Positions 8,407 through 16,210 of a stretch of 32,000 bases of DNA are shown piece by piece. The position numbers and the translations under genes were made by a program. The DNA lies in the NCBI GenBank assembly GCA_963704705.1, contig OY969931.1:1-32000 (forward strand), read 5' to 3'. Numbering within the stretch: position 1 is the stretch's first letter; each line of letters starts with the position of its first letter. This DNA comes from an uncultured bacterium (GTDB lineage Bacteria; Patescibacteriota; Gracilibacteria; UBA1369; PNNO01). The notes beneath the pieces are model-generated. The model saw nothing but the letters and a program-made list of their open reading frames with translations. It did not search any database and was not told where the DNA came from.

Positions 8407-11400
8407 ATGTTTAAACATATCATAAAATATACGGTTACTTTTATTATCGCGTTTATGTCAATTGTTCCTAATGCAATGGCAGCGCGTTTTTATGTAGAAG
8501 ATAACCCAAATCTACGCAAAGGATGTCCGGGTCAGGTTCGTGTTATGCTTGATACCGAAGGCAAGAACGTACTTGCTGCAGATGCGACCATGACTTACAA
8601 CGGCGCCCAGATGAGTGTAACAAATATGGGACTTGGCGTTACTCTTCCAATGCAGACTTACAATGTAATTTCAGGAGCGCTTCTTGAACTTTCAGGAGCC
8701 CGACTCCCTGCTACCGGTTCTTTTACAGGTAACGGACTTTACGGTTTGCTTTCTTTAACTCCTGATCTTGGAGCCGGAAGCATCAACCTTGGTTTTTCTC
8801 CTGATTTGTCAGTTGATAATGTAATCGCGGAAGACGGAACATTTGCAAATATTATTACTGCGGCAACCGGCCGCACTTTTGCTGTTAAAGACCGCTACAA
8901 TGTTGAAGTTGATGGAGTGGGATTCTGTAATCCTGATCTTACTCCACCGACTGTAACATTTATACTTCCTTCAAATGGTCAGGGCGGCGTGCCGGTTGAC
9001 CAGCCAAATGAAATTTTCTCAATCGCTGACAACCGTGCCGGAGTTGATATTTCGACTCTAAAATACACTATTGAAGGAGTTGATTATACAAATTCTACTC
9101 CTCAAACTACTGCCACTGAAGCAGGTGGTGTTTATAAAGTTGAAACAGCTTTTAATAACACGTGGGCTGAAGGTCAGCGTATTGATATAAGTGTTTATGT
9201 CTGCGATTTAAATACTGATCCAGGTCCTAATTGCGGAACAACCACCGGACACTTTAATATATATTCAACTCCGCCACCCGCGCCTTACTGTGGCGACGGA
9301 ATTGTTACATATACTAATGGTGAACAGTGTGATGATGGTAATGTTTTGGATGGCGATGGGTGCAGTGCCCATTGTTTTGATGAAATAGAACCTGTTGAAT
9401 GTCCGGAAGTTCCGGAAGTGGAAGAATGTCCTTCTGCGGGCCTTACTATTATTAAAGATGTTGGAACCGAATACCTTCCTGCTGAATCTCCGGCTGTAAT
9501 AACCGCTCCAACACCTAAAATTACAGAAGCTGATATTATCGAGGGAAATTATCCTGCGGTTGCTTCTCCTGTAAAAGAGAGTATTGCGGGTTGTACACGC
9601 GCAGATATCACCGCTGACCTAATTAAAGAATTTGATATCGTAAACAGATATAATATAAAGGATGAAAAATGTTTGGCAGATATTGAACATTGTATGCTGC
9701 CATTCCTTATACATTCAGCTTATAAAACAGCTGATCCAGAGGCAGACAGATATTACCCTGATGTATACCTGCAGGGTGAAAGAAAAGAACCGTTATTGAC
9801 TGACGATTCCGGCCCTGTAGATTCAAAAACAAAACAAGATATACATTTGGTTACCCGTGAAGGCGGACTTCAGGGCTTCTACCTTGATGTAGCAAACTTA
9901 AGTCCTTTCCGTCCGCAATGGAACATGACAAGAATCCAGATTGTTAAAGCATTAAACTGGGCTGTATTCGGCCAACAGTGGCAATATGAAGATGAATATC
10001 TGGCTGAAATCGGAGGCGAACAAAATCTTCCAAATGTTCGATCTCTTGCAGCAGACCTTACTCAATGGTGGTATCCAAGATACTACAATTTGGCTTGCGA
10101 CAAGGGCATCTTCGATTGTGATCCATTAACAAACTTCAACCCTGATGAAATTTGTTCTCCAACATGGAAACGCGATATATTCGCAAGATACAAAGTATAT
10201 TATGAAAGTCAAAAACAAGATGTTGTTGATCTAACAAAAGACAGCGATCACGACAGCCTTGTTGATGTAGATGAAGAAAATATCTTCTATACTAATCCTG
10301 ACAATAACGATACCGACAACGACACACTTGATGACGCGGACGAAATTTATGAATATAAATCAAATCCAAAACTATCAGATTCAGATTACGATGGTCTGTC
10401 TGATGGCGATGAAGTAAATAAATATAAAACAAGTCCGGTTGATGAAGACACTGACAACGATACATTTACTGACGGTGAAGAAATCAAGCTTGGTACCGAT
10501 CCTTTAGATCCAAAAGATTTCCCTGCAGACGCAAACAATAATGGAATCGATGACAACTGGGAGATTAAATATGGTATAAGCCCGCAAAACGGTACTGACG
10601 ACACTGACGGCGAAGGGCTTTCTGATCTGCTTGAATACCGTTATGGTACAGATCCTACAAATCCGGATACTGACGGCGACGGATTTAGCGATGCAGATGA
10701 AGTATTCCTTTATCAGTCAGATCCATTATCAACTACAAATATCAAAGACCTTGGCGTAAGAATAACAAATGTACTGGACAACATGATTTTGACTGACCCA
10801 CGTCCTTTGATTCAGGGCTTTGCGCCTGCTGAAGGAATGGAAGTTGAAATAATTTTACGAAATGAATTCGGACATGAAGTTGTGCTTGGAACCACTACAA
10901 CCAGCGTAAATAATGCTTGGGTGTTCACTCCTGACTTTGATCTGCTAAATGGTAACTTCTATCTTCTTGCAAAAGGCTTGGACCCTAATAATAAACAGGT
11001 GCTCGAATCGCCGTTAATATATGTAACCATGGATACTACTCTTAAAGTAGACCATCCAAAACCTGAAAGATTATCAGATGTAAATGTTACAGACGAAGTA
11101 TTATTGCAAGATCTTAAAATAGAAATCCGCGATTCTAATCCGACTTTAATAGGCCGCACAGGATTTAAAAATAAAGTAATTGCAACATGGCAATCAGCAG
11201 TTGGTACATCGGCAATAGTTGCCGACCTTGCCGGAGGCGAATTCCGCATCCAGCCTCCAACCGAACTTCCATGGGGCGAACATACTGTCTCGATTTACGC
11301 TATCCGCGAAAGCGACCGTGCAGTTAGTAAAGTTGTAACCCTTAAATTCGAAATCAAAGAACCTCTTGTTTCAATGCTGCGTGGTGTAGCCCTTGGTACA

Positions 11401-11514
11401 GAGCTTGTATTCCCTCTTTGGGTATGGACAACTATATTCTTAGGAATCGCTGCAACATTCGCAACAGTTACAATTATTCGAAAACGAAGAGGTAAAAAAC
11501 TTTTTAAAAAGTAA
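8407..11514 (+). CDS. Large TM-anchored surface protein with cohesin-like N-terminal domain, one Myxococcus-type Cys repeat and thrombospondin-type-3-like Ca-binding repeats
   Basis: Signal peptide. The region of about aa 26-165 has a cohesin-like strand pattern. CGDGIVTYTNGEQCDDGNVLDGDGCSAHC at nt 9284-9375. D-rich DxDxDxxxD repeats at about nt 10240-10720. C-terminal helix plus IIRKRRGKKLFKK. Confidence 0.85.
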   Translation: MFKHIIKYTVTFIIAFMSIVPNAMAARFYVEDNPNLRKGCPGQVRVMLDTEGKNVLAADATMTYNGAQMSVTNMGLGVTLPMQTYNVISGALLELSGARLPATGSFTGNGLYGLLSLTPDLGAGSINLGFSPDLSVDNVIAEDGTFANIITAATGRTFAVKDRYNVEVDGVGFCNPDLTPPTVTFILPSNGQGGVPVDQPNEIFSIADNRAGVDISTLKYTIEGVDYTNSTPQTTATEAGGVYKVETAFNNTWAEGQRIDISVYVCDLNTDPGPNCGTTTGHFNIYSTPPPAPYCGDGIVTYTNGEQCDDGNVLDGDGCSAHCFDEIEPVECPEVPEVEECPSAGLTIIKDVGTEYLPAESPAVITAPTPKITEADIIEGNYPAVASPVKESIAGCTRADITADLIKEFDIVNRYNIKDEKCLADIEHCMLPFLIHSAYKTADPEADRYYPDVYLQGERKEPLLTDDSGPVDSKTKQDIHLVTREGGLQGFYLDVANLSPFRPQWNMTRIQIVKALNWAVFGQQWQYEDEYLAEIGGEQNLPNVRSLAADLTQWWYPRYYNLACDKGIFDCDPLTNFNPDEICSPTWKRDIFARYKVYYESQKQDVVDLTKDSDHDSLVDVDEENIFYTNPDNNDTDNDTLDDADEIYEYKSNPKLSDSDYDGLSDGDEVNKYKTSPVDEDTDNDTFTDGEEIKLGTDPLDPKDFPADANNNGIDDNWEIKYGISPQNGTDDTDGEGLSDLLEYRYGTDPTNPDTDGDGFSDADEVFLYQSDPLSTTNIKDLGVRITNVLDNMILTDPRPLIQGFAPAEGMEVEIILRNEFGHEVVLGTTTTSVNNAWVFTPDFDLLNGNFYLLAKGLDPNNKQVLESPLIYVTMDTTLKVDHPKPERLSDVNVTDEVLLQDLKIEIRDSNPTLIGRTGFKNKVIATWQSAVGTSAIVADLAGGEFRIQPPTELPWGEHTVSIYAIRESDRAVSKVVTLKFEIKEPLVSMLRGVALGTELVFPLWVWTTIFLGIAATFATVTIIRKRRGKKLFKK

Positions 11515-11526
11515 TGCTGGAAAATA

Positions 11527-11552
11527 GCTAGCAATTTGCATATGGCGCTTTT
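11527..11552 (+). repeat. Shortened copy C of the intergenic motif (GCTAGCAATTTGCATATGGCGCTTTT)
   Basis: Shares the GCTAGC, ATTTGCATA and GC.CTTTT blocks with copies A and B. Abuts the promoter of the 11588 gene. Confidence 0.55.
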
Positions 11553-11578
11553 AATGAGCTCCCCCTCCGTGCTATAAT
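11550..11578 (+). promoter_or_regulatory. Extended -10 promoter (TGCTATAAT) giving an essentially leaderless transcript
   Basis: TATAAT at 11573-11578 preceded by TGC. ATG at 11588 is only 9 nt after the -10. The -35 is weak (TTTAAT/TTAATG). Confidence 0.45.
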
Positions 11579-11587
11579 GCAGCCACT

Positions 11588-12220
11588 ATGTTTGATTTGG
11601 GATCTCTCATATATCTGATTATTGGCTTGGTTGTTGCCATTTCCGTTCATGAGGCAGCACATGCTTTTGCTGCATATAAACTCGGCGACAACACTGCAAA
11701 GTTACAGGGCCGCCTTACTCTTAATCCGCTCGCGCACCTTGACCTTATGGGCACAATAATGCTTTTTTTCGCTGGCTTTGGCTGGGGAAAGCCTGTTCCC
11801 GTTAATCCTTATAACTTCAAAAATCCGGTTAAAGACTCGGCTATTGTTTCTTTGGCTGGTCCTGCTTCGAATTTTTTAACAGCTCTTTTGGTGAGTGTGC
11901 CTCTTAAATATTTCGCTGGCACATTGCCTGTTTGGCTTGATACAACGCTTTGGGTTATATTCGATATAAGCCTTATTTTGGGGATTTTTAATCTTTTGCC
12001 TTTCCCTCCGCTTGACGGCTCTAAAATATTCGCTGTGTTTGTACCAAAAAAATATCAGGCAAGATACTTTGAAGTCTTAAAAAAGAGCGAAATTTTCTTT
12101 TTGGTATTTGTACTCGCTGATATCTTTTTTATAAGAAGAATCCTTGGATATTCAATTTTATGGCTTGTACTTGGGTCTGTTTTCGACTTCGTTAAGGCTC
12201 TTATTTTTCTTGGAGGATAG
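11588..12220 (+). CDS. Site-2 protease family (M50) membrane zinc metalloprotease
   Basis: HEAAHAFAAYKLGD (HExxH in TM1), NLLPFPPLDGSKI motif, multiple TM segments. Confidence 0.85.
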   Translation: MFDLGSLIYLIIGLVVAISVHEAAHAFAAYKLGDNTAKLQGRLTLNPLAHLDLMGTIMLFFAGFGWGKPVPVNPYNFKNPVKDSAIVSLAGPASNFLTALLVSVPLKYFAGTLPVWLDTTLWVIFDISLILGIFNLLPFPPLDGSKIFAVFVPKKYQARYFEVLKKSEIFFLVFVLADIFFIRRILGYSILWLVLGSVFDFVKALIFLGG

Positions 12221-12508
12221 ATCCGCGCCCACATGTCAACTTCAATTTTTCAATATGTTGTGTTTTTGGCTTATACAAGCACAAGATGTGGTGTTTCCCG
12301 GCTATCGAAACTTGCAAGAAAAAAAGAACGCGAATATAGTAAAAATACTCTGAAGTGTTCGTTAGAACATTTACATGCAAACCCAACAGCAATTAAAGGG
12401 GAGCCAATATTTTTACTGACCGTGGTCTATAAATGAGGTACCCCACCTAAATTATTAGGTTTGTGCATGTCAACCGCTTCGACGGCAACTTCGGAGTTTT
12501 TTAATGGT

Positions 12509-13105
12509 CTATTTTAGAATTACGCTTGCCGGAATCTCAAATTTTTCAGGCTGAATAGCAACATTTGTTTCAACTCTTGTTGCAACCATTTGGTTAGTTA
12601 CACCAGCTATATTAACTTCTTTTTCAAGTACAATCCCGTTCCAGATGCATGCTGTTCCAATGTTAGGAACAATATATAGATCGCATTCTTGTCCTGCTAC
12701 AGTTTTTGTGGTTGCCACCTGTGGGTCTTCCGCGCTGTTTTTAATTCCAAGAGCTTTTTTAACTAAATATTTATTCTGATCTTCAGCTGATAATCCTTTT
12801 AAAGTTTCATAATCCGTACTTGGAAGTTCACTTGCTGTTGCTTTATCCATATCAACGCTATAAGCCTTGTCTCCAAGGTCCAGATCCAAAGTGTTTTTTT
12901 CAGTACCGGCAACACTAACCGATTTATAAAGTGCTTTTTGATCACCTCTCATATAAAGCGTTGCATCGCCTTCGGTCTGGCCGCTTAACTGATACTGAAC
13001 AAGTGCTGTGTCAAAATCATAAACCGCCAGTTCATTAGGATAATTCGGCGTGCATCCAGTCAAAACCAAAACCAAAAGCGCAAAGGGAATAGCAAATTTT
13101 TTCAT
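12509..13105 (-). CDS. Lipoprotein of unknown function
   Basis: Signal peptide with lipobox MKKFAIPFALLVLVLTGC. The mature part is soluble. Confidence 0.75.
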   Translation of the reverse strand: MKKFAIPFALLVLVLTGCTPNYPNELAVYDFDTALVQYQLSGQTEGDATLYMRGDQKALYKSVSVAGTEKNTLDLDLGDKAYSVDMDKATASELPSTDYETLKGLSAEDQNKYLVKKALGIKNSAEDPQVATTKTVAGQECDLYIVPNIGTACIWNGIVLEKEVNIAGVTNQMVATRVETNVAIQPEKFEIPASVILK

Positions 13106-13133
13106 GGTAAAATTAATTAATTACTTCTTTCGG

Positions 13134-13162
13134 AATATACCATATTAAGCGTAAATTGACAA
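13134..13162 (-). promoter_or_regulatory. sigma70-type promoter for the lipoprotein gene (TTGTCA-17-TATATT on the minus strand)
   Basis: The reverse complement of 13157-13162 is TTGTCA and of 13134-13139 is TATATT, with a 17-nt spacer. Confidence 0.45.
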
Positions 13163-13170
13163 CCACTTAC

Positions 13171-13863
13171 TTATGTAAGTATTATGTCTCCTCGCGCAAA
13201 TAAAATCAGCAAGACTCCAAGCGCAATCATCAATAAGCCGGTAAATAAACGCATCCATCTTTTATATTTTTCTTTCCAGTTTTTTATATCAAAGGCTGTT
13301 GTTCCAAAATATGCCAACGCAACAATAACCACCAGCGGAAGCACGAAAATCAAATTATAAATAAACAAATACCAAATTGCCAGCCAGTCCAGTTTTTCAG
13401 CTAAAATTGTTGTTATAGCAAGATACGGTCCTCCTGTACAAGGCAGCTCAACAGCCGAAACCAAAATTCCCAAAATAATCGCACTTGGAATCGTTACGTT
13501 GTCAGCATATTTTTTAACTCTTGCCACCTGTGATGCGGGTATGCTCAAACTAAAACCTTTTCCATACCAAAAATAATCTTTAATTTCAACAAATCCCAGA
13601 AATATAACCAAAAATCCAACCATAATACCAATCATTTCACCTATTTGAAGCTGATGAATAACAGTTAAAAGGCCCAGTCCTGCCAAAAAATAAGTAACAA
13701 AAACCGCAACAATATAAATTAATCCCGTTAACAGCATCATTTTTTTCTGCTCTTTTAACAGCAATAAGGCTGAAATAAGCAAAATAAGCACACCAATCGC
13801 GCACGGGTTTATCGAATCTATAAGCGCAGTAACAAGAACTGTAGTAAGTTTTAAATCTGGCAT
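13171..13863 (-). CDS. CcdA/DsbD-family transmembrane thiol:disulfide electron transporter
   Basis: Polytopic membrane protein with one Cys in each of two TM motifs, INPCAIGVL and ELPCTGGPYL, as in the cytochrome c biogenesis CcdA/DsbD transmembrane family. Confidence 0.7.
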   Translation of the reverse strand: MPDLKLTTVLVTALIDSINPCAIGVLILLISALLLLKEQKKMMLLTGLIYIVAVFVTYFLAGLGLLTVIHQLQIGEMIGIMVGFLVIFLGFVEIKDYFWYGKGFSLSIPASQVARVKKYADNVTIPSAIILGILVSAVELPCTGGPYLAITTILAEKLDWLAIWYLFIYNLIFVLPLVVIVALAYFGTTAFDIKNWKEKYKRWMRLFTGLLMIALGVLLILFARGDIILT

Positions 13864-13873
13864 TTTTTAATTG

Positions 13874-14230
13874 TTAACAGCCCGCAAGAGTAGCAAGCTC
13901 TTCAGGGTCGTGAAAACCGGAAGTAAATTCCTGACCCGGAATATCCCAGGTTGGAACCGATTCTATTTTGTTTTCAACGCAAAGCTTGGCTGTTTCAAGG
14001 TTTGTATTGGCGTCACACTCAACATAATTTATTAATTCAAAAGCATCACCGAAGGCTTCTTTTTGCTGCTTACAGTGGCTGCACCAGATCGCGCCATACA
14101 TTTTCACCCCTTTGTCGGTTAAGCACTGTGCGATTTCTTTTAATCGCGCGTCGTCAGGGGGCGCAACAGAGCCTCCGCCACAAGCAGTGAAAACGAAAAT
14201 AAAAACCAGAAGAAAAGCTAATTTTTTCAT
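13874..14230 (-). CDS. Thioredoxin-fold lipoprotein, VKOR-partner type (WCSHC active site)
   Basis: MYGAIWCSHCKQQKEAFGDAFELINYVEC...PTW closely mirrors the Trx-like domain fused to cyanobacterial VKOR. Lipobox FVFTACGG. I prefer the ATG at 14230; the ORF track uses the GTG at 14254, which overlaps the VKOR stop. Confidence 0.85.
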   Translation of the reverse strand: MKKLAFLLVFIFVFTACGGGSVAPPDDARLKEIAQCLTDKGVKMYGAIWCSHCKQQKEAFGDAFELINYVECDANTNLETAKLCVENKIESVPTWDIPGQEFTSGFHDPEELATLAGC

Positions 14231-14240
14231 AACATTAGGG

Positions 14241-14762
14241 TTAACAAAACTCACAAACCTTTGTTTCTTTTAAACCACTGTTGATAACTTTATATGCCCA
14301 AATGTGCAAAACCGCAATTATTATGATCAAAATTTGCTGGGCCACACAGTAAGGACAGAACGTATTAATCACAAAGGCTTCAACATAAGTCAGGTATAAA
14401 GAAAAGAGAATTCCAAAATAAACGAAGTATCTTACAATGTTCAAAACTGTGTTTGGTCTTAAAACTTTTAAAATTTTATTAAAAGGCACTTTTAGTGCTA
14501 CCCCAAGCGTGCCCACTAAAAGGCCCGTATAAAATATGAGTCCCCATATTGCCACAGGGATTCCAAACAAAACCGCGTATTCGGTCTGCGCAACTTTTGT
14601 ACAGTCGAATACGCTGCTTAAGCTGCAGCCTGCTGCACCCGGATTATAATATTCTATTGTTAGAATTATAGAAAAAATAATATTTAAAAATATAAAAAAG
14701 CTTGCGGCAACAAGTATTTTGTTCACTTTTGGGCGAACTAAATCTGGCGTGTTTTCTTTCAT
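14241..14762 (-). CDS. Vitamin K epoxide reductase (VKOR) family disulfide-bond-forming membrane protein
   Basis: Loop cysteines CSLSSVFDC followed by TKVAQTEYAVLFGIPVAIWG, and a CPYC redox motif in the last TM helix. Four to five TM segments. Confidence 0.85.
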   Translation of the reverse strand: MKENTPDLVRPKVNKILVAASFFIFLNIIFSIILTIEYYNPGAAGCSLSSVFDCTKVAQTEYAVLFGIPVAIWGLIFYTGLLVGTLGVALKVPFNKILKVLRPNTVLNIVRYFVYFGILFSLYLTYVEAFVINTFCPYCVAQQILIIIIAVLHIWAYKVINSGLKETKVCEFC

Positions 14763-15030
14763 GTTAATAAGTTGTTAACGTCGGCATATAGTATAACTGT
14801 TTTTGAACATCGGTTAAAGCGCTTTTATAAATGGTTTGAACTTGTTTTCAATATTGGTGTTCAAAACCCGTAAACGTCTTTCCTTTAATAAAACTGCTGG
14901 TTTTTGGGGGTGTGTTTGTACAACATTCTTTGTTTTTTTACAATTCTTACTACTTCTGTTTTTAATATAATTAATAATATAAATAAAACATTAAAAGAAA
15001 AAGTTTTTGAACAATGTCAAAATGTTTTTA

Positions 15031-15058
15031 TTGTTTTATTGTAGGGAATTTGTATAAT
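15031..15058 (+). promoter_or_regulatory. sigma70-type promoter for dnaN (TTGTTT-16-TATAAT)
   Basis: Hexamers read directly, 31 nt upstream of ATG 15090. Confidence 0.45.
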
Positions 15059-15089
15059 GGGGGTGTCTAATTTCTAAACCTTTTTTTAT

Positions 15090-16196
15090 ATGAAAGTCTT
15101 TTGTGATCAAAAAGATTTGTCGTACGCGCTAAATACTGTAAACAAAGCGATAAGTCCCAACAATACTCTTCCTGTGTTAAATAATATTTTACTTAAGGCT
15201 GAAAATAAAAAACTTTATTTATCAGCAACAAACCTTGAGCTTGCCATAAGTCTTAATATTGACGCAGACGTAAGGAACGAAGGCTCAATAACCGTGCCGG
15301 CAAGATTAATCACAAACCACATTTCATTGTTGAGTGACGGGCAAATAGAGTTAAATTTAACAGAAGGATTAACTCTTTCAATTAAATCAAAAGGGTCAGA
15401 AACTAAAATGAAAGGTATTAACGCAGACGAATTCCCGCTTATTCCAAAAATCGAAAACCCAAAGACAGTAAAAGTTTCAGCAAAAGATTTAAATAAAGCA
15501 ATTACAAGAACCGTTTTCGCGGCTAGTCAAAACCCGGCAAAACCAGTTCTTTCAGGCGTAAACTTTATTGTTGATAAAGATATAATGAAGGTTGTGGCAA
15601 CAGACAGCTACAGGCTTGCAGAGCAAAAAATCCCATTAAAAGAAAAGGTAGATTTCGATGTTCAATCAATCGTTCCGGCAAGAACAGTTCAGGAATTAGG
15701 GAAGGTTGTTGGGAAAGATGAAGACCAAGATGTAGAAATGGAATTTTCAGACAGCCAGATTTTATTTAAAATCGGATCTATTGAATTAACATCTCGATTA
15801 ATCGAGGGCGCTTTCCCTGCTTACGAAAAAATCTTTCCAAAAACAAGCAAGACAAAAATAGATGTCCAGCTCGACGAGTTTATAAAAACCGTAAAACGTG
15901 TTTCTTTGTTCGCGCGTGAAAACAACAATAATATTAAATTAGCCGCTACAAACGACGGAAAACTAACAATCTCAACAGACGAAACAAAAATCGGAGAAGA
16001 AAAGGCAGAGGTGGATGTTGAAATGAGCGGCGAGAACAACAAAATAGCACTTAACGCTCAGTATCTGGGCGATGTTCTTAATTATCTGGACATTGATAAA
16101 GCGCGCGTAGAACTCAACGACAAACTGTCACCTGCTGCAATTAAACCTTGCAACGATAACGACTATGTGTATATTATCATGCCACTAAAAGTATAA
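15090..16196 (+). CDS. dnaN: DNA polymerase III beta subunit (sliding clamp)
   Basis: 368 aa. The N-terminus (KVFCDQKDLSYALNTVNKAISPNNTLPVLNNILLKAENKKLYLSATNLELAI), the central ATDSYRLA and the C-terminal YIIMPLKV are typical of DnaN. Confidence 0.9.
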   Translation: MKVFCDQKDLSYALNTVNKAISPNNTLPVLNNILLKAENKKLYLSATNLELAISLNIDADVRNEGSITVPARLITNHISLLSDGQIELNLTEGLTLSIKSKGSETKMKGINADEFPLIPKIENPKTVKVSAKDLNKAITRTVFAASQNPAKPVLSGVNFIVDKDIMKVVATDSYRLAEQKIPLKEKVDFDVQSIVPARTVQELGKVVGKDEDQDVEMEFSDSQILFKIGSIELTSRLIEGAFPAYEKIFPKTSKTKIDVQLDEFIKTVKRVSLFARENNNNIKLAATNDGKLTISTDETKIGEEKAEVDVEMSGENNKIALNAQYLGDVLNYLDIDKARVELNDKLSPAAIKPCNDNDYVYIIMPLKV

Positions 16197-16210
16197 AAAA
16201 ATAATTTAGA

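Noticed and set aside
12144-12436. Three overlapping 63-69-aa ORFs in the convergent spacer
   Set aside because: They overlap one another, have no recognisable motifs and have odd composition. I treated the region as non-coding (see the low-interest finding).
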